From Candidatus Krumholzibacteriota bacterium (GTDB lineage: Bacteria > Krumholzibacteriota > Krumholzibacteriia > LZORAL124-64-63): a DNA stretch of 64,000 nt. Where the stretch lies: NCBI GenBank assembly GCA_039714075.1, contig JBDLKA010000001.1, positions 64,001-128,000 on the forward strand, written 5' to 3'. Below the pieces are notes generated by a model that worked only from the letters and a program-made list of their open reading frames with translations, was not told where the DNA came from and did no database searches. This document shows, in pieces, positions 37,958 to 46,825 of this stretch (the first letter of the stretch is position 1; each line of letters opens with the position of its first letter). The translations under genes were made by a program, and so were the position numbers.

Positions 37958-38632
37958 ATGCTTTTGATTTTGTTCCTGATCCTCGCCTTCGGCCTGGGAT
38001 CGGTTCCCTTCAGTTTCATCATTGCCAAGAGGGTCAAGGGCATTGATCTTCGCCAATACGGCAGCGGAAACCTGGGAGCGACCAACGTCTTTCGGACCCT
38101 GGGCCCCGGCTGGGGCGGCATCTGCCTTTTCCTGGACATGGCCAAAGGGGCGGCCGCGGTGGGCCTGATGACGTGGCTGGTCAGCACCTGGCCCGAGGGC
38201 CAGGCGACCCCGTTCCATATCACACCGGATCTTTTCCGGATCTTTGCCGGTGTCGTGGCTTCCCTGGGCCACACCTTCAGCCCCTTCGTCAATTTCCATG
38301 GGGGGAAGGGCGTTGCCACCACCGCAGGTGCTTTCGCCGTCCTCGAGCCCCTGGCGGTATTGATCGCCCTGGCGGCCTTCCTCTTGATGTTCCTGGCCAC
38401 CCGCATCGTTTCGGTCGGCAGCATCTCCGCCGCGGTCATCCTGCCTTGGGCCGTGGTTTTCTTCGAGAGAAGGTCCCTGGAAACTTCCAAGACCCTCATC
38501 ATTTTCGCCTTCATCATCTGCGCCTGGGTTGTCTTCAAGCACAGAACCAATATTGCCCGCCTGCGGGATGGCACCGAGGGGCAGGCCAAACCGGACAATG
38601 GCCCGGATACCGGCGAAAGAAAGGGCGAATGA
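37958..38632 (+). CDS. plsY: Glycerol-3-phosphate acyltransferase PlsY
   Basis: GSVP, GSGNLGATN, D..KG, GH..SPF, GGKGVAT, H..NI.RL. Confidence 0.95.
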   Translation: MLLILFLILAFGLGSVPFSFIIAKRVKGIDLRQYGSGNLGATNVFRTLGPGWGGICLFLDMAKGAAAVGLMTWLVSTWPEGQATPFHITPDLFRIFAGVVASLGHTFSPFVNFHGGKGVATTAGAFAVLEPLAVLIALAAFLLMFLATRIVSVGSISAAVILPWAVVFFERRSLETSKTLIIFAFIICAWVVFKHRTNIARLRDGTEGQAKPDNGPDTGERKGE

Positions 38633-38633
38633 G

Positions 38634-39653
38634 ATGAAAGCCGCCATCCTGGGCACCGGCAGTTGGGCTACCTCTTTCGGACGCCACCTGTGCCACAAGT
38701 GGGAGAGGGTGGTTCTGTGGGGCATCGACGAACACCAGGTCGAGAGCATCAACACCACCGGCACCAATCCCGACTTCCTGGGCGATACCATACTGCCGCC
38801 CAACATGCGCGCCACCCTGGATATGGACGACGCCCTGAATAACGCCGAACTCCTGTTCGTGTGCGTGCCCAGTCAGGCCGTGCGGGAAGTGGTTTCCCAA
38901 GTAGCCAAAAGTGCCAGTTTTTCTTCCGGGGTCCCGGTCATCAACATGTCCAAGGGGTTCGAGGTGACCACCCTGGAGCGCCTCAGTGAAGTCATCGAAG
39001 AGGAATTGACCCAGGCCGGCCGCCGCGACGAACACCCCGTGGCCGTACTGCTTGGACCCAGCCATGCGGAGGAGGTCGCCGACGAGCAGCCCACCGCCGT
39101 GGTCCTGGCCGGGCAGCAGGGCACCGACTGGTCCCACTGGCAGAACTGGATCGCCGGGCCGTTTTTCCGCGTCTACACCAACGATGACATGGCCGGGGTG
39201 GAAATCGCCTCGGGCTTCAAGAACATCATCGCCCTGGCCGTGGGCATGGCCGACGGCCTGGGAGCGGGGGACAACACCCGCGGCACCCTGATGACCCGGG
39301 GCATGATCGAGCTGTCCCGCCTGGGCATCGCCCTCGGCGGCAAGAAGGAAACCTTCTTCGGCCTGGCCGGCATCGGTGACATGATCACCACCTGCATCAG
39401 CCGTCATTCACGTAACCGGAACTTCGGCGAAGCCGTTACCAAAGGGGAGAAGACCCCACAGGAAATCCTCGACGGCACCGTCCAGGTGGTCGAGGGTGTC
39501 CACATGGCCAAGGCAGCCTTGAAGTTGAGTGAGAGGCTGAAAGTAGAACTTCCTATTACAAAACAGGTTCACGATGTGCTATTCTCCGGGAAACCGCCGC
39601 GGCAGGCGATGCGCGAATTGATGGAAAGGCAGCTGCGGCCCGAACTGGACTGA
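38634..39653 (+). CDS. gpsA: NAD(P)H-dependent glycerol-3-phosphate dehydrogenase
   Basis: GTGSW, SKG, GPSHAEE, KNIIA, GLAGIGD..TC, SRN, EG. Confidence 0.95.
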   Translation: MKAAILGTGSWATSFGRHLCHKWERVVLWGIDEHQVESINTTGTNPDFLGDTILPPNMRATLDMDDALNNAELLFVCVPSQAVREVVSQVAKSASFSSGVPVINMSKGFEVTTLERLSEVIEEELTQAGRRDEHPVAVLLGPSHAEEVADEQPTAVVLAGQQGTDWSHWQNWIAGPFFRVYTNDDMAGVEIASGFKNIIALAVGMADGLGAGDNTRGTLMTRGMIELSRLGIALGGKKETFFGLAGIGDMITTCISRHSRNRNFGEAVTKGEKTPQEILDGTVQVVEGVHMAKAALKLSERLKVELPITKQVHDVLFSGKPPRQAMRELMERQLRPELD

Positions 39654-39683
39654 TTCCTGACTGATTCAGGACAGATTCCTGAC
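39651..39683 (+). repeat. Three 11-bp tandem direct repeats upstream of a MerR-like gene
   Basis: tgattcctgac|tgattcaggac|agattcctgac. Confidence 0.8.
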
Positions 39684-39706
39684 CGACCAGCGGAGTGAGC
39701 GGAACC

Positions 39707-40150
39707 ATGGCCAAGAAAAAGAAGGAAATCCCCAGCAAGCTCTATTACTCGATCAGCGAGGTTGCCGAGCACACGGGGATCAAGGCCCATGTCCTGCGAT
39801 ACTGGGAAAGCGAATTCCCCACCCTCAAACCCCGCAAGACCCGCACCGGGGCCCGGCGCTACCGTCAGCCGGATATCGACGAAATCCTGGCCATCAAGAC
39901 CCTGCTGTACGATGAGGGCTACAAGATTGCCGGAGCGGTTAAAATGCGGCGGCAGGCCAAGAAGACCGCGGCCAAGGATGCCAAAGAAGCCGCACCCCAG
40001 ATGAACATCCAGTTCGACGGCATGACCGAGGCCGATCGTCTGACCTTCCTTAAAAAGGAACTGGGGCATGTGCTGGAGATGATCCGCGAGCTCAAAACGG
40101 GGAAACCGGCCGCCGCCACCGGCAAAAAGAAAATGGAAGGCACCGGCTGA
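39707..40150 (+). CDS. Short MerR-family HTH regulator (type usually found next to tRNA-Pro)
   Basis: KLYYSISEVA...HVLRYWESEF..LKP, RRY, IK.LLY.EGY.I.GA. Confidence 0.9.
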   Translation: MAKKKKEIPSKLYYSISEVAEHTGIKAHVLRYWESEFPTLKPRKTRTGARRYRQPDIDEILAIKTLLYDEGYKIAGAVKMRRQAKKTAAKDAKEAAPQMNIQFDGMTEADRLTFLKKELGHVLEMIRELKTGKPAAATGKKKMEGTG

Positions 40151-40168
40151 ATCAGGTCTGATTGTTCC

Positions 40169-40197
40169 TTGTCCCGCGGGCAGGTGGGTATTAACTT
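40169..40197 (+). promoter_or_regulatory. Sigma-70 promoter for tRNA-Pro(GGG)
   Basis: TTGTCC-17bp-TAACTT. Confidence 0.55.
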
Positions 40198-40250
40198 GTG
40201 CCCGCGACGGATTTGCCCCCTCGGGAGCTTCAGCCGTTCGCACCTTTGGT

Positions 40251-40327
40251 CGGGACGTGGCGCAGTCCGGTAGCGCACTTGCATGGGGGGCAAGGGGTCG
40301 CGAGTTCAAATCTCGCCGTCCCGACCA
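40251..40327 (+). tRNA. tRNA-Pro (GGG)
   Basis: CGGGACG...CTTGC-ATGGGGG-GCAAG...GTTCAAATC...CGTCCCGACCA. Confidence 0.95.
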
Positions 40328-40346
40328 GATAAACTAATAGAATTGG

Positions 40347-40380
40347 AAAGGTTGTCTTACTTTTAGGACAATCTTTTTTT
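40347..40380 (+). terminator. Intrinsic terminator after tRNA-Pro(GGG)
   Basis: aaaggttgtctta-cttt-taggacaatcttt followed by a T run. Confidence 0.8.
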
Positions 40381-40531
40381 CTTTCATGACCTAATTTTCC
40401 AGCAAACCCTATAATTAGGATCGGGTAGGTCGGTTTTGAATTGAACCACCTGTTGAATTGCCGTATTCTATTCCCATTGATACGAAGGACCTTTTTCGAT
40501 ACCAGATCAGATATTCTCATGGGAGTTTAAG

Positions 40532-40545
40532 AAATGAATTCCTCG
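40532..40545 (+). repeat. 14-bp direct repeat, left copy (contains the LVIVD gene start codon)
   Basis: AAATGAATTCCTCG, identical to 42766..42779. Confidence 0.9.
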
Positions 40546-42771
40546 TTCCCAAGCGTTGCCGTATTTGCGTCTTTCCTCATGTGTATGTTTTTCGGGTCAT
40601 CCGGTGCCCTGCCCCTCAAGGGAGGCCCGCCCGTCCGCAGTCACCTTCTGGATCCCCAAAAATCCGACTTGGTTTCCGACAAAAGCCCCGGCGACAGCCT
40701 GAACACCACATGGCTTGGCGCCTGGGCCCACGGACCATGTGTTGCCGTTGCCGTCCAGGGTGAGTATGCCTTCTTCGGCGATGGGAGTTATCTGCGGATT
40801 GCCGATATCTCCAATCCGGAGTCCCCGGTGGAGGTGGGCATCCTGCTCCTGCCGGAACCAGTTCTGGGAGTGGATGTAGACGGCAACTACGCGTATGTGG
40901 CCAATGACCAATCCGGCCTGCAGATAATCGATATCGGGAATCCCGCCTCACCTGTTGCAGTGGGCAACTACGATACTCCCGGCAATGCCGTCGACGTATT
41001 TCTCAGCGACCATTACGCCTATGTGGCGGATTATTATATGGGTCTTGCCATCATCGACGTTAGCAATCCCGCATCACCGGTAACAGTTGGCCGCTTCCAA
41101 TCGGGCAATCGCACATCTGGGGTATCTGTCGCCGGGAGTTATGCTTATGTGACCGATATTTTGTATGGTCTTCGCATCGTCGACGTGAGTAATCCGGCCG
41201 TATTGGTTGAAACAGGTTTTCTCGAAACGCCCGGCCAAACTCATGGCGTATTCGTCAGCGGGGATATGGCCTATGTTGCGGATGGTTCTGCCGGACTCCG
41301 ACTCATCGACGTGGGCTATCCCGCGATGCCGGTGGAATCAGGGTTTTTCGATACGCCCGGTATTTCTTATGATGTTTTTGTCAGCGCCGATTACGCCTAT
41401 GTGGCTGATGATTCAGACGGCCTTCGCATCCTTGATGTCAGCAACCCTGCTGCCCCAATTGAAGAGGGCTTTTTCGATTCGGAGGGCCTTGCCCGCAGGT
41501 TGATCATCAGGGGTGGTTTCGCGTATGTGGCCGACAATCAAGATGGACTTCGCCTCATCGATGTCAGCAATCCGTCCACGCCCCTCGAGCCAGCCTTTAT
41601 TGCTACGGGCGGCCTGGCTTTTGACGTTTCCGTCAGCGGAAACTACGCCTATGTTGCCGACATGGGTGGAGGCCTTCGGATCATCGATGTGACAGACCCC
41701 ACGGTTCCGATTGAAACCGGCAGTTTCGATACTGGCGGCGATGCAAACGGTATTTTCGTCAGCGGCCATTACGCCTATGTCGCAGCTGATGCTGCGGGTC
41801 TCCGCATCATCGATATCAGCGATCCATCCATGCCAACTGAAACTGGTCATATCGATACCCCAGGCGGCGCCAGGGACCTAGTTGTCAGGGGCGATTATGC
41901 CTATGTGGCCGACATGGGGCATGGCCTTCGTATCATCGACGTAAGCAACCCCGCGTCACCTATTGAAGTGGGCTTCATTTTATCGGCCGACTTTGCTTTT
42001 GAAGTCTTTATCCGCGGCGACTTCGCCTATGTAGCTGATATTATGGCGGGTCTCAGCATCTTCGACATCAGTAACCCCACGGCGCCTGTTGCCGTTGGTA
42101 ATTTCGTTACGGCCGACTGGGCTTTTGGTGTTTTTGTCAGTGGGGACTTCGCCTACGTGACGGATTGGGCGGGTGGACTAAGTATCATAGACGTGAGCGA
42201 TCCGGCCTTGCCCTTTGAAGTCGTCAACTTCTTTACCGGTGGCGCTGCCTATGATGTCATCGTCAGTGGCAATTTTGCCTGTGTGGCGAATCACTCGAAA
42301 GGACTCGGGATCTATGATGTGAGCAACCCTGCTGTTCCGGTCGAAGTGGGTTTTTTCGAAACGGGCAATGCCGTTTATGACCTTTTTGTAAGTGGCAACT
42401 ACGCCTACCTGGCAGACTATTTTTGTGGACTCCAAATTGTTCGTATGGATTTGGCCGTTGCGGGATTCGGAAGCGAAGATGTTCCAAGCCACGGAACAGT
42501 CCTCCGTGATGCCTACCCCAATCCCTTCAATCCCCAGACCACCATTTCCTTTGATGTACCCACCCGGGCCGTTGTTAGTTTGGCCGTGTACGATGTTTCA
42601 GGTCGCCTGGTTGATGTCTTGCTTGACCATGAATTCGCCGACCAGGGTCGGAACGAAGTCGTTTGGCAAGGCCATGACATGAATGGGAAGGTCGTTTCCA
42701 CCGGTGTCTATTTCTACCGTCTGGAAACCGGGGGATATACCGAGACGAAGGGTATGGCTTTGGTCAAATGA
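40534..42771 (+). CDS. Secreted LVIVD-repeat beta-propeller protein with C-terminal FlgD-Ig/T9SS-type-A-like domain
   Basis: Signal peptide; about 14 repeats of about 42 aa (V.V.G.YAYVAD...GL.IIDVSNP); AYPNPFNP.TTI.F...YDVSGRLV...GVYFYRL; visibly lower GC than neighbours. Confidence 0.88.
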   Translation: MNSSFPSVAVFASFLMCMFFGSSGALPLKGGPPVRSHLLDPQKSDLVSDKSPGDSLNTTWLGAWAHGPCVAVAVQGEYAFFGDGSYLRIADISNPESPVEVGILLLPEPVLGVDVDGNYAYVANDQSGLQIIDIGNPASPVAVGNYDTPGNAVDVFLSDHYAYVADYYMGLAIIDVSNPASPVTVGRFQSGNRTSGVSVAGSYAYVTDILYGLRIVDVSNPAVLVETGFLETPGQTHGVFVSGDMAYVADGSAGLRLIDVGYPAMPVESGFFDTPGISYDVFVSADYAYVADDSDGLRILDVSNPAAPIEEGFFDSEGLARRLIIRGGFAYVADNQDGLRLIDVSNPSTPLEPAFIATGGLAFDVSVSGNYAYVADMGGGLRIIDVTDPTVPIETGSFDTGGDANGIFVSGHYAYVAADAAGLRIIDISDPSMPTETGHIDTPGGARDLVVRGDYAYVADMGHGLRIIDVSNPASPIEVGFILSADFAFEVFIRGDFAYVADIMAGLSIFDISNPTAPVAVGNFVTADWAFGVFVSGDFAYVTDWAGGLSIIDVSDPALPFEVVNFFTGGAAYDVIVSGNFACVANHSKGLGIYDVSNPAVPVEVGFFETGNAVYDLFVSGNYAYLADYFCGLQIVRMDLAVAGFGSEDVPSHGTVLRDAYPNPFNPQTTISFDVPTRAVVSLAVYDVSGRLVDVLLDHEFADQGRNEVVWQGHDMNGKVVSTGVYFYRLETGGYTETKGMALVK

Positions 42772-42779
42772 ATTCCTCG
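42766..42779 (+). repeat. 14-bp direct repeat, right copy (contains the LVIVD gene stop codon)
   Basis: AAATGAATTCCTCG, identical to 40532..40545. Confidence 0.9.
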
Positions 42780-42873
42780 GGTTGATTCATCTCGGTCTGG
42801 CCACACCACTGTCCTGCCCCCCTAAAAAGCCTTTATCGTTGACCCTGCCTGACCTTGACGGGATACTTACCTC

Positions 42874-44025
42874 ATGGCCAACCCTTCTACTAAAAATATC
42901 ATGCCGGCCGGGACGCGTCTCGTGTTGGCGGCAGTCATTGTGGTAGCCCTAGGAGCGGGCGCTTTTTTTCTGCGCCCATGGACGGAACACCCACCGGCCG
43001 ACATTGCCCCTGAGACAGCCGTCGAAACCGTCGACTCCTTCTACATGCCCGCCGAATTCCAACCCCAGGACCTCCTTTTTCTGGGCGGCGCCCAGTTGGC
43101 CGAACTGCACCCCGACGTCCTGGCGGCCATCGTCAAGGCCGCCTCCGCCGAAGTCAGGATCCAAATACTGGCTGGGTCTGGGGAGGGCCGGACCCTGATC
43201 GAATCCGTTCTGACCGACAACGGACTGCCCTTGACCTCGGTGGACATCCTGCAACTGCCCATCCTGACCATGTGGCTTCGTGATTTCGGCCCCGCCACCG
43301 TCACCGACGCCAACGGATTCCGCAGCATGGTGGACTTCCACTACCGGGAACGACGCGGCAACAAGCTTGACGACGGGGTGGCCGCGCATCTCGCCACGGG
43401 CATGGGCCTGAACCTGATGAGCAGCAGGATGCTGGTCGAAGGGGGAGACTATCTGAGCAACGGCCGGGGGCTTTGTCTTTTGTCGACCCGGGTGATCAAC
43501 CGCAACGCCCACTACCTGGAAATGGATCCCGACCAGACGATGGCCAACTTCGCCGCCCTGCTGGGCTTCGAAACCCTTTCCATGGTGCCGCCCCTGCTGG
43601 GGGAAAGCACCGGTCACGCCGACATGTTCTGCGCTTTTCTGCGCCCGGACCTGGTCGTCGTCGGCCGTTACGACCGTGCGGTCGACCTGGACAATGCCGC
43701 CCAGCTGGACATGATCGTGGAGAGGCTGGAGGATTTCCCCACCCTGGACGGTCCGCTTAAAGTGGAACGGATACCCATGCCAGACCACGACGATGATGTC
43801 TGGCGCTCCTACACCAACATCGTGTTCGCCAATGGTGTGTTGCTGGTTCCCGTTTACCCGGACTACTGTCCGGATCTGGACGAAGTCGCCCTGGCGACCT
43901 ACCGGCGCCTTCTGCCCGACCGGCGGGTTGTCGGCATCGACGCCTCGCGGTTGATCAGAATGAACGGAGCCTTGCGCTGCATCACCATGAATGTGCCCAG
44001 CGGATCGCCCTTGCCTCCCAATTGA
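42874..44025 (+). CDS. Membrane-anchored agmatine/peptidylarginine deiminase family protein
   Basis: N-terminal TM; MPAEF, WLRDFGP, EGG...NG.G, TGHADM, SYTN, GALRCIT. Confidence 0.82.
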   Translation: MANPSTKNIMPAGTRLVLAAVIVVALGAGAFFLRPWTEHPPADIAPETAVETVDSFYMPAEFQPQDLLFLGGAQLAELHPDVLAAIVKAASAEVRIQILAGSGEGRTLIESVLTDNGLPLTSVDILQLPILTMWLRDFGPATVTDANGFRSMVDFHYRERRGNKLDDGVAAHLATGMGLNLMSSRMLVEGGDYLSNGRGLCLLSTRVINRNAHYLEMDPDQTMANFAALLGFETLSMVPPLLGESTGHADMFCAFLRPDLVVVGRYDRAVDLDNAAQLDMIVERLEDFPTLDGPLKVERIPMPDHDDDVWRSYTNIVFANGVLLVPVYPDYCPDLDEVALATYRRLLPDRRVVGIDASRLIRMNGALRCITMNVPSGSPLPPN

Positions 44026-44110
44026 CGTATTTCCCTTGTTTCCCGGCCCCGTTTCCCCGAAAATTCATCTGCTCGGAAACTTATCTCCAGTCCTCACAGG
44101 GAGGCCTTCC

Positions 44111-46039
44111 ATGTTCCGGTCATCGCTCCGCCTTTTCCTGACCATCCTGACCTGCGCCGTTCTGGCCGGCGCCGCCGTGGCGGCCGAACTGCCGGATTAC
44201 AAACCGGACGCCAACGCCACCCGGTCCGAGGTCCCCGACGCCTATAAATGGAACCTGAGCCCGCTTTACGAATCGCCCGCAGCCTGGGAAGGGGAACTCG
44301 ACACCCTGCGGGATGAAATCAAGGGCCTCGCTGCCTACCAGGGGAAACTGACCGACCCCGCGGCGCTCAAGAAATGCCTGGACCTGTATTTCGGTCTGCA
44401 CGACCGCGCCAGCCACGTGACCCAGTACGCCAACCTGGCCCTGGATTCCGAGCAGACGGACCAGGAACTACAGGCGCGCTCGCAACGCGGCCTGGTCCTG
44501 ATGGACGAACTCATGGCCGCCGCCGGCTTCATCCGCGGAGAAGTGCTGGCACTCGACGGCGCGGCCATGAACCAGGCGTACGAGGCCGCCGACGGTCCCT
44601 CCGAATACCGCACCTACCTGGACAACCTGCGCCGCCGCCAGTCCCGGGTGCTCGGGGAAGAAGCGGAGCGTGTCCTGCAGCTGATGGGGGACAACCTGTG
44701 GGCCGAGATCGACCTCAACGAAATCCCCAGTGATCTCGAGAACACCTTCGGCGCTCTGCTGTCGGACATCGCCTGGCCCATGGTCCACGACGCCGAGGGC
44801 AAGGAAGTCCAACTCACTTTGTCGAACCTCGGCCGTTTCCGCGCCTCGCCCGACCGCAAGGTGCGCGCCGAAGCCATGACCGCTTTTTTCGCCACCCTCA
44901 GGCAGTTCCAGCACGCCCTGGCCAATACCCTGGGCGGCCAGTTCAAGCTGGACGTCAACTACGCGCGGGCCCGGGGCTACGACACCGCCCTGGAAGCCTA
45001 TCTGGACAAGGACAACCTCGACATCGCCGTGCACGACAACCTGATCAGCGCCGTCAATGGCAACCTCGAACCCCTGCACCGGTACGTCGAGTTGCGCCGC
45101 AAGGTACTCGGTTACGACGACCTGCACATCTACGACCTGTACGTACCCATGGTCGAGGCCGCCGAGATGGACGTGCCCTACGGCAAGGCCCTCGAAGTCC
45201 TGCCGGAGGCCCTGGCTCCCCTGGGGACCCAGTACGTCGAACTGCTGAACCACGGTCTGGATCCGGCCAACGGCTGGATCGACGTGTACCCCAGCAACGA
45301 CAAGGACAGTGGCGCGTTTTCCGCCAGTGTCTACGGACGTCATCCCTACGTGAAGATGAACTACCAGGACAGCCTGGACGACATGTCCACCTTGGCCCAC
45401 GAGTACGGGCACGCCATCCACAGCGCGCTGGCCATGGAGCATCAGCCTTATCACAACTACCGGTACGTGGCCTTCCTGGCGGAAATCGCCTCGACCTGCA
45501 ACGAGGCCTTCCTGTCCGACTACCTGGCCGCCAACGCCAAGGACAACGCCGAGAAGGCCGGCATCCTGGCCGCGGAACTGGAAAGCATCCGGACCACGAT
45601 CTACCGGCAGACCCTGTTCAGCGAGTTCGAACGCGCCGTTCACCGCTTCGTGGAAGAGGGCACTCCGGTAACCGCCGCGCTGCTGGACGAGACATACGCC
45701 GACCTGATCAGGCGCTACTACGGACCCGGCTTCACTGTCGACGAGAACGACGGCATGGAGTGGGCCTACATCCCGCACTTCTACTACAAGTACTACGTCT
45801 ACAGCTACGCGACGGGCCTGAGCTGCGGCCTGGCCATCGCGGAACGAGTGAAGGATGAAGGACAGCCAGCGGTGGATGGTTATCTGGAAATGCTCAAGGG
45901 CGGCTGCAGCGAGGCGCCCCTGGACCTGCTGCTGAAAGCCGGGGTGGACCTGACCAGTCCCGCAGCCATCGCCGCGGCCCTGGAAAGGTTCGACCGCACC
46001 ATCACCGAGCTGGCCGAACTGCTCGAAGTGGAGATGTAG
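44111..46039 (+). CDS. pepF: Oligoendopeptidase F (M3B) with signal peptide
   Basis: YKWNL..LY, WID.....K.SGAF, TLAHEYGH, AEIAST.NE, RQTLFSEFE, IPHFY, YVYSYATG. Confidence 0.88.
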   Translation: MFRSSLRLFLTILTCAVLAGAAVAAELPDYKPDANATRSEVPDAYKWNLSPLYESPAAWEGELDTLRDEIKGLAAYQGKLTDPAALKKCLDLYFGLHDRASHVTQYANLALDSEQTDQELQARSQRGLVLMDELMAAAGFIRGEVLALDGAAMNQAYEAADGPSEYRTYLDNLRRRQSRVLGEEAERVLQLMGDNLWAEIDLNEIPSDLENTFGALLSDIAWPMVHDAEGKEVQLTLSNLGRFRASPDRKVRAEAMTAFFATLRQFQHALANTLGGQFKLDVNYARARGYDTALEAYLDKDNLDIAVHDNLISAVNGNLEPLHRYVELRRKVLGYDDLHIYDLYVPMVEAAEMDVPYGKALEVLPEALAPLGTQYVELLNHGLDPANGWIDVYPSNDKDSGAFSASVYGRHPYVKMNYQDSLDDMSTLAHEYGHAIHSALAMEHQPYHNYRYVAFLAEIASTCNEAFLSDYLAANAKDNAEKAGILAAELESIRTTIYRQTLFSEFERAVHRFVEEGTPVTAALLDETYADLIRRYYGPGFTVDENDGMEWAYIPHFYYKYYVYSYATGLSCGLAIAERVKDEGQPAVDGYLEMLKGGCSEAPLDLLLKAGVDLTSPAAIAAALERFDRTITELAELLEVEM

Positions 46040-46123
46040 GCCGGTTCTTTTACATTGTACCGTCGGGGCTCCGGAATATATTCTGGAGCCGTGGAAACGT
46101 TAGCTTTCAGCGCAAGGACTCCC

Positions 46124-46798
46124 ATGACAGTCGGCGCCATCCTGCCAGCCTTGAACGCCGCCCGCTTTCTGACCGAAGTGATCGGTGAGATCCGCGAGCG
46201 CCACCCCGACTTGCATGTCCTGGTCGTGGACGACGGCAGCACTGACGGCACCGCCGACACCGCCCGGGCGGCCGGGGCCGAGGTCATCGTCCACGAGGTG
46301 AACAAGGGCAAGGGCGAAGCACTCAAGACCGGTTACAGCTGGGCGCAGGACCAGAACCTGGAATGGGTCTTCACCATGGACTCGGACGGCCAGCACCTGC
46401 CCGCGGAAATGCAGGGTTTTCTCGACACCGCCACCCGGGACAACTTCGACGTCGTGGTCGGCACCCGCATGGCCCGGACCGAGAACATGCCCTGGCTGCG
46501 CTTGAAGACCAACCAGTTCACCAGCTGGGTGATCAGCCGGTTGGCGGGTCAATACATCCCCGATTCCCAGAATGGCTACCGACTTTACCGGACCAAATGT
46601 TTCAAGGGACTGGTCCTGCAGACCAGCCGCTACGATTCCGAGTCGGAAATCCTGGTGCGCATGTCCCGCAAGGGCTACCGTATCGGCTCGACTCCCATCA
46701 CCACCGTCTACGGGGATGAAGAGAGCTCCATCAACCCCTTCGTCGATACCGGCCGTTTTTTCCGGCTGGTCTTCATGTTGATGTTTTCCCGGGACTGA
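46124..46798 (+). CDS. Glycosyltransferase family 2 (DPM1-like)
   Basis: PALN, VVDDGSTDGT, N.GKG.A, MDSDGQH, GTR, DSQ.GYR. Confidence 0.88.
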   Translation: MTVGAILPALNAARFLTEVIGEIRERHPDLHVLVVDDGSTDGTADTARAAGAEVIVHEVNKGKGEALKTGYSWAQDQNLEWVFTMDSDGQHLPAEMQGFLDTATRDNFDVVVGTRMARTENMPWLRLKTNQFTSWVISRLAGQYIPDSQNGYRLYRTKCFKGLVLQTSRYDSESEILVRMSRKGYRIGSTPITTVYGDEESSINPFVDTGRFFRLVFMLMFSRD

Positions 46799-46825
46799 AA
46801 CCGGCTGCCAGGATTGGATTTTCGC

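Noticed and set aside
40800..42450. Periodic repeats as a CRISPR array or DGR
   Set aside because: They are degenerate in-frame protein repeats of about 126 nt; no cas or reverse transcriptase gene is present
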